DNA of 63,765 nt, the filler included, from Choristocarpus tenellus KU-1152 (taxonomy: Eukaryota > Protista > Phaeophyceae): NCBI GenBank assembly GCA_964200185.2. It is 11 parts of 11 records of this genome, joined end to end, with 100 filler letters (N's around TTAATTAATTAA, not from the genome) between each part and the next. Parts side by side here need not be neighbours in the genome. Positions count along the whole stretch, not along the records: positions 49,049 to 52,564 come from CAXNAD020019504.1; positions 52,665 to 60,634 come from CAXNAD020005325.1; 9 more parts are not named here. One strand, given 5' to 3'. The position numbers were made by a program, and so were the translations under genes. The stretch's first letter is position 1. Every line of letters begins with the position of its first letter. Below are positions 49,049 to 60,734 of the stretch, one piece after another. The notes below the pieces were generated by a model. The model ran no database searches. It was given only the letters and a program-made list of their open reading frames with translations, and was not told where the DNA came from.

Positions 49049-50140
49049 ATAAACCAACATAGAAAAAAAAAAAAAAAAAAAAAAAGAGGAAAAAGGAAGA
49101 GGGAGGGGGGGGGAGGGGGGGGGGGGGGTGTGTCATGGAGGATACATTATCTATAGTCTCCAGTACAATACACTGTATACATACACAACCCTAACCCTAA
49201 ATAAAAAAAGAGATGCAACAAAGACAAAGTGACGACCAGTGCCCTATACTGTTCCAAACTCAACAATGCTCGCCTTCCAGGTTTCCACAAAACACAACAA
49301 TACAAGGTGCGGTCAAGACAATAAGATTCAATACCTGCGACAGGCAATACATGACATGTATTCCTTTCTCACGACCTTGTTTTTCCATAAATATAAATAA
49401 TTTAGTTACTTATCAAATAAGAAATTGCACAGAGAGATAAAACTATCAGATATCAATTTTGCAAAGTCTCGGAGACCAGACATGTATCAAACTCACAAAA
49501 ATGGACACCACTGGAGATAGACAGGCGTTGGGACACTTTGACAGTTTCAAATACCATTGCTAATGTTTTCATAGATTGACAATACTATATATTACAATTT
49601 ATACTTAAATATATACTCCACGTTACTTCTTTGAATTTAAATATTGAACTATTGTTATGTAATATAAATATTGAAAAATAGAGAGAAAAGAGGAAAGGGA
49701 TTTAATTATTGTTTATTACTAGTTTGGGAAACTGAGGTTAATAATGCTACAATTATCCCACGATATTCAATCACAATTACTTGCATATTTGAACAATCAC
49801 AATCATACAAGGACACTTGGTGGCAAATAAAAGGTTTGGCTATGTACACATACACATATACAGGGCATAAAACAGAGTGTCATGATACATGCAAGATGTC
49901 AGAGGGGTACCCAACTCGAGACAAAAATAAAAAACATAAAAAATATGAAGTGACACATGTAGACATCAAGACAAAAAAAAAGACTTCCCATCACACACGC
50001 ACCTACCTCACTTGAGGAAGAATTAAACACCTACACCTACACCTACACCTACTCCTAAGTACAACAGCCAGATTCAGTCATTTTTTTTTCTATTTGTTAA
50101 AACACACATTACACACAAAAAAAGTGCTGAATTGTGACCT

Positions 50141-50227
50141 TCATCTCACCTCCTGCGCTTCCCCTTGCGTTGACAGGTAACCGCCTTCCAATAGCCACGT
50201 CTCACTGACGATCGCGCTCAGGAACTC
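50141..50227 (-). CDS. EF3: eEF3-like 3' exon (ends at stop 50141 or donor 50150)
   Basis: cag|EFLSAIVSETWLLEGGYL. Confidence 0.85.
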   Translation of the reverse strand, partial: EFLSAIVSETWLLEGGYLSTQGEAQEVR

Positions 50228-50622
50228 CTGCTCATTACAAAACACAAAACACAAAACAAATCTTGAGACCGCTGAAAAACTAGTTAGGTCCGTTCCATTC
50301 CTTTTACACCACAGACTTGCATTTTTTATTTTACTATTCACAACTGAATTGAAAAAAAAATAGAACGGACAGAGACTGCAGAAAGTTTTAAAAAAGTATA
50401 CATATTTCAAATAGCACACACACCCGGAACAAAAAAGAAACGCATACACATTCAAAAAAAAAAAGAAAAAGAGAGCAGAATTCAATCAACAACAACAAAA
50501 AAACACTTCCCAAAAAAGTAAGAATATTATTTCTATCAGAATGATGTATCAAAAGCATTGTATTTTGATCTTCTGGTGCAGTTCTATTCCTTAAATTGAA
50601 GACAGTAAACGGGATCCCTCGC

Positions 50623-50775
50623 CTGGTTATGCGAAATGATGATGACCCCCCCACCAAAGTCCTTGATGCCTTGAGTAAGGGCCCCAAGGGCCTCTCGATC
50701 AAGATAGTTGGTCGGCTCATCCAGGACAAGGAGATGTGGGCGACTCCACATTGCTGCTGCCAAAACCAATTTAAC
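50623..50775 (-). CDS. EF3: eEF3-like exon (Walker B, H-loop)
   Basis: [33 protein letters not shown]...[10 protein letters not shown]; donor is GC. Confidence 0.92.
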
Positions 50776-51207
50776 CTTAACAGCGATGGGGGGGAGGGTA
50801 TAGATAGCACTAATGAACAATATGGAGGAGTGGAAGCAAGCGAAAACCAACTTGACCTTAACAGCGATGGGGGGGAGGGTATAGATAGCACTAATGAACA
50901 ATGTGCAGGAGTGGGAAGCAAGCGTTAGAAATAGTACTGATTTTTTTTTTTTTAAGCCAGAAAGTAACAACTACATACAAACACTAACAACCACAAAATC
51001 CACACAATCCAAGAATATAGACGTGAGAACACTTTTTATTTCAAAGAACAGAAACATGACATTAACATTTTCTCCTCAACACTAAGAAGATGCAATAAAA
51101 TTAAATTAACAAAAAAAATAATGTTGAACAGAGCGCCAAGAAAAAGTCATACTTTCAAAATAAATATAAATATATATATATATGTATATATATATGTATA
51201 CATTCAC

Positions 51208-51504
51208 CTTCTGTCCACCAGAGAGCCCTCCAATCTTCCCGTAAACACTGAATTCCTTAGCCAAGGCAAAGTCATCCAGGTGGGCCTGAATCTCCTTGGT
51301 TGTGGTGGGACGTATATCAAGTCCCGCTGCCATTGCTGCTGCCCTTGCATCTGCCTGCTGCACTAGTTTGGACAACCCCCTCTCCACAAGCACCTGCCTG
51401 CTCAGGTACTTGTTGTGCTTGGGTCCCATCCCAACAAATGAGCACTCGTACTCTAGGACACGACCTTGTAGACGCCTGCCCAAGATGTTTTCAACTTGCC
51501 CTCC
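51208..51504 (-). CDS. EF3: eEF3/New1-like ABCF ATPase, exon (chromodomain insert to ABC signature)
   Basis: ILGRR...LEYECSF...LVERGLSKLV...AAGLDIRPTT.KEIQAHLDDFAL...GKIGGLSGGQK|GT. Confidence 0.9.
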
Positions 51505-51714
51505 CTATGTATATGCCCCCCCCACACACACACACACACACACCCCACAAACAGACCAAGACGGAAAAAAAATATTTTTCAACAACAACGTTATCAGCTG
51601 GAAGTCAGAACCCATGTATTGGAAAGAATCAACATGAAAGCAGTAAACATGGATGGGAGTAGTGTCTAGAAGTAAAAATCCCTCGTACCACGATAGAGGT
51701 GGGAGACAATAGAG

Positions 51715-51780
51715 GGGGGTGTGGGGTGTGGGGTGTGGGGTGTGGGGTGTGGGGTGTGGGGTGTGGGGTGTGGGGTGTGT
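51715..51780. repeat. (GTGTGGG)n 7-mer microsatellite
   Basis: Direct reading. Confidence 0.9.
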
Positions 51781-52564
51781 AGGGGGGAGGGAGAGATAAG
51801 GGCAACCTACAAAAATTCAACTCGACTGCTAAAAAAAAATCCTAACAGTACAACATTCTTAAAGTTGAAAAATAACATAGTACTACATAATAAAAATGGT
51901 TCTGAGTTCAAAATTATACATACATTACACTTGCAGAAAGAACGAACGCATAGATCAACACAACACTATTACTATGACCATTCCACTCATAATAGTAACA
52001 GTAATACATTGATAGTCAACTATTATTTTTAAAAGTACAAAGATCTATTTTAAAAAAGTACAACAATCTACATATTTACCAATGAAAAGAATCCATCTGT
52101 GAAAAAAAGTAAAAGTTGACCTAAATCTAAATCTGCACAAAAAAAGCATGCCAAGTACCATATACTTGAATCCAGATCCGAGGCATGCCAAGCACCGAGC
52201 GGCACAGGGTTGTGATGAGAAACAAGAAAAAAAAAATCACACAGTACACGGACACACAAGAAACCAATCAAACCAAACAATTATTTCAAACATTTACTAT
52301 GATCTCACCTGTTCTTCAATGAAATATGCTCGATTGAATGATCACCGCCCACAACAACGACCCTTTCAACTAGCATACACATACATACATACCTATCAAC
52401 ACCTACCGACAACACATGCACATGTTTCAGTTGCAACAATCCAACCTCAGCATCCCATTCCAACCCCAACTCTAACCCCAACCCTGACACTAAACCTATC
52501 CCTAACCCCCCCCCCCACTGTAAGCCTCCTTTTGGTCACCTTCCCCTGCCTCTCCGCCTCCTCC

Positions 52565-52664
52565 NNNNNNNNNNNNNNNNNNNNNNNNNNNNNNNNNNNN
52601 NNNNNNNNTTAATTAATTAANNNNNNNNNNNNNNNNNNNNNNNNNNNNNNNNNNNNNNNNNNNN
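52565..52664. other. Artificial contig linker
   Basis: 44 N + TTAATTAATTAA + 44 N. Confidence 0.97.
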
Positions 52665-53054
52665 GTTGAGTTTTTTAGGGGACATCTCCAACTGAGGAGA
52701 CACACATGGTCACAACTCTCCTCCTTAAACCCCCCCCCCTCCCCTTCTTGGCTACTATTGACAGAATTGGAAACATTTTGATTAGTCAGTTGTTTCCTCG
52801 TGCATGTGTGTGATGTGCTTTAATAAATAAATCTTGCAGGGCTGGCCCTTTGTTAGACAACAAGCCCTTGGGATGAATTGACTACCCTCTACTGCAGGCA
52901 CTTTGTGTGCATGTATGAGTTACAGCCCGATCTGAGTTGTGGCCAATAACTCAGACAATTTTGTGTGATAGCAAGCACAGGGTGTTGAGTTTTTTAGGGG
53001 ACATCTCCAACTGAGGAGACACACATGGTCACAACTCTCCTCCTTAAACCCCCC
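52665..53054. repeat. Exact direct repeat of ~70 bp (52665-52735 and 52984-53054)
   Basis: GTTGAGTTTTTTAGGGGACATCTCC...TTAAACCCCCC occurs twice, 319 bp apart. Confidence 0.9.
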
Positions 53055-53120
53055 ACCCCCCACCTCTGCTCTACCTCAACAACTAACCAAATGTGTCTGG
53101 TTTGATGATGGTTACTGAAG

Positions 53121-53202
53121 GGCGCTGGATATGGTAGGGGGGAACCACCATGGTTTGGACCAGGAACCTGAGGAGTTGGAAACAGAAGCCCCTTCTAGTG
53201 CG
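53121..53202 (+). CDS. Probable penultimate exon of the SLC12 gene
   Basis: aag|G ALDMVGG...APSSA|GTGAGC, in phase with the 53702 exon. Confidence 0.5.
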
Positions 53203-53701
53203 GTGAGCTTTCAGCGTTTACATGGGTTTGATGTCCTAGAAGATGAACTGTCATCATGTTATTGCTGATGACATTCCTAATCTGTACCTGACCTTCTGTG
53301 CACTCTGCCTGTTGTATTGTGTGGCGTAGTGGGAGGTGCTTTTTAACACTGCTGTGACAGGATGTAAAACAAAGCTCTGAATCTTGCACACTTGGATTCT
53401 GTTCCAAAAAAATATCTTTTTGTTTCTTCTTCCTTTCAGGCTCAGCATGATAGGATGCCATCTGTTGACGTATTTCTTTAAATGTACCGGTTAGTCTTTA
53501 TAGCCCGTACTGTAGGGGTATGTTCTGCAATGTATTGCCACATCGCCTGCTGTATATGAGTTCCCACTCACTCACTCATACATACATACATACACGTGCA
53601 TGCACACCATATATGCCATGACAGAATCACTCCATTTCGTGTAGTATACTGAGTCCAGGTCACCACCACCACCGCCGCCGCCCCTCATTTCCTCCTTGCA
53701 G

Positions 53702-54025
53702 CACAAAGCTTTCTCAACTTCACCGGAAGGTTGGTCGAACAATGGAGAAAGTCATATCGATGAGGTAGATAGTGGTGGGGTTACATCTCCACAGTCAAGG
53801 GAACGGAGACAGGTGGATAAGCATCGGCTTGTTACTGCTGTGCTATTAAACAAGAACATGAGTGAGCACAGTGCCAAGGCTAGGTTGGTGGTGACCAATC
53901 TGCCGTTAGTGAAGGACATGCAACCCTCTGAGGTTCTGCAGTATGTGGAAGCAGTGGGTAAGGGGATAGCACCCCTCTTGATGATTCGAGGCACGGGTGT
54001 GGAGGTTGTGACACAGTATGGCTGA
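53702..54025 (+). CDS. SLC12 cation-chloride cotransporter, last exon
   Basis: TAVLLNKNMSEHS..ARLVVTNLP...YVEAV..GI.PLLMIRGTGVEVVTQYG*, the typical SLC12 C-terminus. Confidence 0.9.
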   Translation, partial: HKAFSTSPEGWSNNGESHIDEVDSGGVTSPQSRERRQVDKHRLVTAVLLNKNMSEHSAKARLVVTNLPLVKDMQPSEVLQYVEAVGKGIAPLLMIRGTGVEVVTQYG

Positions 54026-55891
54026 GGGGGGGGGGGGGGGATGAGACTTGGAACCTTTGGTCAATACATTCGTTGCGGATATAGGCAATATATCAAACCA
54101 TTTGGGCAAATAGGAGGTTGGTGGGGACAAGATTGTTGTAACCTTGTAGGTGTGATTAAGGATTAAGTCGGATGACTGGGTGGGCATGTGGAAGGTGATG
54201 TGGCTTTCGGTTGCCTGCCTCGAGAGGAACTGATTGATTGTCAAGTGCCTTGTGGGGTGGGGTGATTTTTGTTCACTATTGGGGAGGCTGCATTGCCAGG
54301 GAAGAGCCACTGGGCCAGTTATGTTTGTGGGAGTCTGTGGGAAAGGACAGGTTAATGCGATGGTTTGATGAGGCTTGGTGGCAGTTGTTAGTGTGAAGTG
54401 TGTACTGGCAACGATATCATTTTTTTGTGATTCCCATGATGTGGATAAGTTGTTCCAGTTGATTTTGTGTTTTACTTCATGACTATGTTGGTGTCTTGGT
54501 TGTGTGTGAAGTGGAGTGGTGGTCTTACATTTGGTGTTTGTTTTGTGTTTTTATTATACTTGTGTTGTATCTCATCTTGTCAGTGTACCTTGTAATGTGT
54601 TATCCATCAGTGCAGTGTAGCTGAGTCCTTTTGTTAGAATGCTTGTGGTACTGCCCATGTCCTGCTCTTGTGCACTTTTTGATCCTGACACATGTTGTGT
54701 AATTGGGTCTTGAAACAGATTTTTGTTTTGGTTCTGTCTTCACCTTGTGTACCATGGGGACCACTTATCATTTTATTTGCTAGGAACAAGCAGTGGTGGT
54801 CATTCAGTTGAAGCCACTGGTATAATAATAGTTACACTAACAATATGTGTATCATGGTTACACGGTGATGTGAAAAGATCAGTTGGCAAATGCTTCTAGT
54901 GGTGCACCGGGGTTGTAATAGTATCATAGTTATGTTAATATCCTTCATACCTATGGAGTGGAGTTTGAAGATACTCTGGGTTGTACAGGAAGGACTCATT
55001 GGGAGAGTGGGGAGTTCCATGTGGATATTAGTAACTTTTAGTTACTCTTGTCAGGTGGTTCTGTGAAGGAGAAATATATTTTCAGGGCATTACACAGTAT
55101 TGAAATAGAGTTAATACCTACAAGTATTTTGCTTTAGAATAATCCTATGTCCTTTGCTGGAAGGTGCAATTACATTATATACTCCTACATGTGTACACAG
55201 TTTCTTGAGTGGAATGGAGTACCTGCACTACTTTGATCAAGTTGTGGAAATTCAATCTTAAATTAGTTTCTTTGATGGCATACCACCCTCATGAAAAAGG
55301 GACGGATTGGGGGGGGGGGTATGTTCAACACCAGTTACAGAGTGATTAAGGATCATCTCAAGGTGGAAGGGGTGCTGCATTGTATATTGAATATGAATGT
55401 AATTCAAAGCACACATGTGTGGGGTTGTTACTCCTACGATACAATGCACCTACCCATTAACAGGACATGATGCAGCAACACTTTCTCAATCCACACTTTG
55501 TGTTGTAACTAATATATGTAATGAGACCAAGCAATAACCCCCATAGACATAATATAAGTGTTACATACATCACAAAGATATAAATACATGAACACAACCT
55601 GCCCTATCCATCGTGGAAAATATCCCAACATATAATATAGTGCAACCAAAGGATGAAACATCAGAAGAAAAAAAATATATATATATATATATATATATAT
55701 ACACCCTCCTAGGCTGGTGGGCTCCAGATCTATGGACTGGTATGGTAGTCTACAGGTCGGAGATGAGCACCTAAGTCTCCTGCTTAAAATGCAATCACCA
55801 TGGTCTCTTCTATTTCCTGTATCAGATGGTGAGCTTGACTGGGTTGGACCAGAGGAGGAACTTGTCAATACATGCCCAAGTTCTCGTTGGT

Positions 55892-58460
55892 TCATGCAAG
55901 GAACTTGTCAAGGACTTTGTTAGTTTCTTCTGGCAGGTCCTTCATCATCCAATGTCCAGCAGCAGGGAATTCGACCACATCTGAACCTTCTTTGGCTCTG
56001 ATCTTTTCCAGCCACCTCTCTGTATGGAATTTCTGGAGTAAGGATGTAGCAGTGTTGTCAAGCCCGAGCACAATGCATGCACAAAACACACATCAAAGGG
56101 TCCATAGATCGGCCCATGAGATCGATAAGTGGAGTGGGAAGGAGGGGAATATTAGAGGTATAACCCTGACCCTAAATACCAGATTATATCGTATCATTTA
56201 ATGGAACAAGAGGGCATGCTGCCCATGAACATAATATACAAACACTAGCGTGATGTCAAGACATGGGACGGGCAGGGAAGGGAAGATTCTAAAACAAAAG
56301 AATTTTTTGTGGTTCTAGCATCTCTTATATTGTACGAAAAATTGGTTGGCAAAAACCACAAATACAGGTGTATGGTGCAATTTTTATGGGGCAAAACATT
56401 GCCAATTCTTGATAATAATTTTTGCTTGACATAGCAGAGCAAATACCTACTCAAGAGTATGAAGGTTGCCATATTAAACTTGACATTCAAAAAGTTAATT
56501 ATTAGATTATCGCAAATGCCCACCACAGAGCTATATAGAATTAGTCAAATATGGAATTATATTCGTAAAGAAGTTTGGCATACATATCTCTATTGCGTTT
56601 ATGCATGAAATCCAAAATACAAATTGTTAGTGACAAGTCAAATACTGGAACCATTACTTCCATCTGCAAATTCATGCACTGTGATGTTAAACCAAAAAAC
56701 CAAAACACAAATCAGTCATGTTGAACCCAAAAAAAAACACATCACAAGCACATTTTTGTGATTTTAGTCTACTATGTGAAATGACCTTAGTTCACACTCC
56801 CCATGTGTCCAGCACCAGATCTTAGTCGTCAAGAGCTAAGGTATGTGCAAGCGGAGCTCTTTACCCTGGACAGCAACCCAACTAAAACGTGGATAGAGTG
56901 TTACATACATATTGAGGGTCAAAAACATACATTGTAGATGCGGCCATTTTTACGAAAGATAAATTGTACACCACACTTCCCAGAAAAATATAGCAGTGAG
57001 ATCTCATATTGGGGAGTGAGGGGTCACATACTCTGAACCATGTAGGGTTCTAACCCACAAGGGTTCCTTCAACACAATCAGAGAGGAACACCAAAAGTAA
57101 TTGCGGGTGCGATCCCCTTCTTTCAGGTTTAGCATGTACTGCTTGGGATATCTGGAACAAATGATGAGAGAATGTTAAATGCATACTACATAGAATATGA
57201 AGTCAAGAACAACCGATTCTGAACTCCAGGAGGAACGACTTCAGTGAGAGGAGGAAGTGAAAACAAAGGGTCAATACTCAGACCAAGTACTTAGGTATCC
57301 TCCCACTGCACCCACCCTCCTATATCACACTTGGCAAGGTCCGAGAACCTGTGTCATGATGGCATTTACACAAACATTCAGCAAGTACCACCTCCTTTTC
57401 CCTCGCAGTCTGCTTCACAGGACTGGCATATAGCATAAACAAATTCAACAAATCGTCTGTCGAACACACTTTGTCGGACTACGGGTACGAAACTTGTAAA
57501 AAATGTCAAATTTTCGCTGCGAACTCACCAAGTACTTTTTCATGCCAGAGGAGCCGTGGAGATAGAGTAAGGGACAAGAGGGCATGAGGGGACGGGAGGC
57601 CTTCCCTGTCGACAGCTGGACCCAGAAGCGCCAGTAAGGGTAGCAGATAAAGGCCCAGCTCCGGGACCGGCGCGGGTATGAGGGGGCACGGAATAGGTAT
57701 GCCACCAATCGTGCCATAGCGTTGCCAATGGGCCACCCTAGAAGAAAAGCTAGGACAAGCCAGCCTTGATAGGTAACAAGCAGGAGGGTTCCGAAAAGGC
57801 CAGGACGGACTACCCCCCCTACGTCCAGCGCGACCATTCTCGACACTAAATCCGGTCGTTTCTGCTCCAGTAGCATACCATATAAGCTTTTTTCATAGCA
57901 TGGACGGGGAGCGGACGGAAGGAAGCGATAAGAACGATTCGAAAGGTGGGGTGTGGGCTGGATGTGCAGCAGAGCAGTGACCAGACCCAATACGAAAGAT
58001 GAAGGGCGGGGTGGAAAGCGGGGTTAGAATAAGATCATTTGAGCGGCCATCAAGCAGTCATATACTTACCTGCCCCAGTCGTGGGCAACTAGGACGACAG
58101 GCTTGCCTCTTGCCACTGACTCGATGGTGACCTCCAACTCATGAACAACATCTTTCGTATCTAAACCCCAACGCTGTTGTTCCTTTATCTTGCCACCATT
58201 TGGCGATTCGAAGCCCGGGAGATCAACAGTTACACAGCGGAAGCGACTCTTGAGGTGAGCTACCTGAAGGACGAACAACATCAGGTGTCAGAACACTTCA
58301 ACTACGCAGCGCTGGCTCTCTCCAAGGATCTCATAACCACCGCTCCACCCGTGACACGATGCACTACCTGTTGATCCCACAAAGTATGGTCATCTGGCCA
58401 TCCGTGTATGAAGATGATAGTATCCCCATCCTCCCGTCCCTCGCAGAAGGTGTTCAACAT
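55892..58460 (-). CDS. Alpha/beta hydrolase, epoxide hydrolase/dehalogenase-like; complete gene with exons 58368-58460, 58070-58263, 57529-57886 and 55892-56032 (261 aa)
   Basis: FIHGWPDD, DLPGF, VAHDWGS (Asp nucleophile), AGHW (His); all junctions GT-AG and in phase. Confidence 0.9.
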
Positions 58461-58639
58461 GCTTGCTTCTGTATACGATGGGTATGTTACAACGTGTCTC
58501 TAATCTTTTTGTGAGAAGATGAGATGAAAATTTTGATAAATCGGAAGGGATTAACTTCTCCAATTTATATTTTATTGAAATGGGTACAGTGGTTGGTTAA
58601 ATCAAGTTCATACCCAATCACATTATTTTTTATGTGTTT

Positions 58640-59960
58640 ATTTTATTTTAATATTATGCCCTCTGACATTTTGTCAGTGTGCCAGGCGAAAAACAAAAAA
58701 CTATTCACTTGCCAGAAAAATTAATGAAGTAACAATTATCACAGAGGTGAAAAATGATAATTTCCTGTTTTACTATATTGTACTACTGCCTTCCTGTCTG
58801 TGTCTCAAACCTATTCCTGCACCCCAGGCTGAGGACCTAGGGAAGCATCCCAAGAATCTAACAAACCCCTTCTGGTTCATCTCCATGATGGTAGCTCCAG
58901 CTTAAAACACATGACCTGTCTAGATAGGGCTACTTGCGTTGAGATTGAGACTGTCTGGTGTAGGCAGGATTTGACGGCTCCTTTCTGTTATAGCCTCCAG
59001 TTCCTCTCCCCCCTATCGTGTGTGTAGCTAGCTCATCCAGGAAATGTTCCACTTGCTTGCCGAGGCGACCAAAACTTTCCACTGTGAACGTGTTGATGTG
59101 ATAACTACGAGGGTAAAAAGAGCCCTCATAGTGGGTGTGCTTTCACGCCTCAGCTGCAGCAGCAGCTACACCATCATTGCTGGTGGATGAGTGTGGGAGG
59201 TGGGAGGTTATGAGTACTTCTCCAAATGTAACATCGAGTAGAAGGCCTTTGTCCCGGTACGGGGCTGATCCTGCGTCTCTGAGTGCCCCTTGCATGGAAG
59301 ACTAGACCCATGCGGAAATTCCTGTCAACAGTGAAGGGGCTACCACCCTCCGTAGTGCAAAGGATGCCCATCCCCTTCCATAGCTGGCTGAGATGTTTCA
59401 ATATATAGGGGTGCGTTGTCACACCTGGCCTCCTGCCCTGGGGCAGGTACGAGCATGTCTGGTCTCAACATTTTGCCACCTGCAACAGTCACTGGGCACC
59501 TGTTTGACAGGGTCTCCTCCCTCCCTAGGGGTCTGTTGGTGGTGAGTTTAAATTCTGTGGGGGGCATCTGGCATGCCGGCTCCAGGGGTTGTGTTGAGGT
59601 CCATGCATTTGCCCCTTGTCCACACTGGCTCCAGTGGCGTTCTAGGGCTAGTGAGGACCTTTCCTTCCCATATTGTACTTCATTTGGAAGCCTGGCTAGT
59701 TGTCTCCAGAAGGAATCAAAATGAATCCTGTTCAAGGAGGCGAGTGATTTCGTGTTGAGCCCTACTTGTGATCCTGGCGGGGTGAGCTGCCAGAATGTGA
59801 ACCTCTGGGGTAGGTGTGTGGGATGTTGTTTCCCCCCAGGATACCCAGTCTTAGTCAATGATTTCCGCCAGGTCTTGAGGGGACACCTGTAGAGAGGAGG
59901 GTCTGGATGGACAATCCCAGGGCCCATATATACTTTGGGGCTCGCACAAATGGCTTGTGA
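58640..59960 (-). mobile_element. REL non-LTR retrotransposon, longest fragment in the window
   Basis: SQCGQGANAW..PLEPACQMPPTEFK..LGREE..RCP, EGGSPFTVDRNFRMGLV, AEA*KHTHY, VESFGRLGKQ, QVALSR, plus the conserved 3' tail. Confidence 0.8.
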
Positions 59961-60634
59961 GGGGGACTCTGTTGAAACCTGAATCGAATGCATTATATAT
60001 GATATATAGACTACGAAGGAAGAGGAATCATGGTGTTGTAGAGCACCGATGAGTAGGGAGTAGTCTGTGGTATGAGTAGGTGTGATTGTGAAGTAAGGCA
60101 CTGATGTATTTGTTCTGTTGCAACTGAAGTCATTGATCTCTCAGTTAAGAATGATGTGATGTGAATACAGTGTTATTTCATGGTATACTTAGTAAAAGAA
60201 GTACATGCTCTGTGAAGAGGCTTGTTACCTTGGCTGGCAAGGGTTTCAGTAGATGGTTTTAACTCTGGGTGTATTATTACATCCAAGCGTGCGTCAGGGG
60301 CACTATTGCAGAGTGAGCTTGAGGTGCTCAGTGAGGGGACAAAAACAATCAATAAAATAATAAACAACAATTACCGTGCATTTGGGTTCTTATTCATATA
60401 AAAAGGAAGAACAGAGATGGCAAAAACAACAAAATAGAAAGAGGAAGACAAGGTAACAGTGAGACGCACTTGATGCAAGTTCCGAAGTAACTTGGATGAC
60501 GTGTGCTATGATGTTCCTGTGTGTGATGTGGATCAACTGAATATCAACTGATGCTATTCTTCTATCTACTGCCATCGATGTGATGATGAGTTGGAATGCG
60601 CAATAAATAATGAACACTAACAACCAGTGCAGTG

Positions 60635-60734
60635 NNNNNNNNNNNNNNNNNNNNNNNNNNNNNNNNNNNNNNNNNNNNTTAATTAATTAANNNNNNNNNN
60701 NNNNNNNNNNNNNNNNNNNNNNNNNNNNNNNNNN
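60635..60734. other. Artificial contig linker
   Basis: 44 N + TTAATTAATTAA + 44 N. Confidence 0.97.

Noticed and set aside
57030-57070. tRNA T-arm-like GGGTTCTAACCC
   Set aside because: No A-box or cloverleaf.
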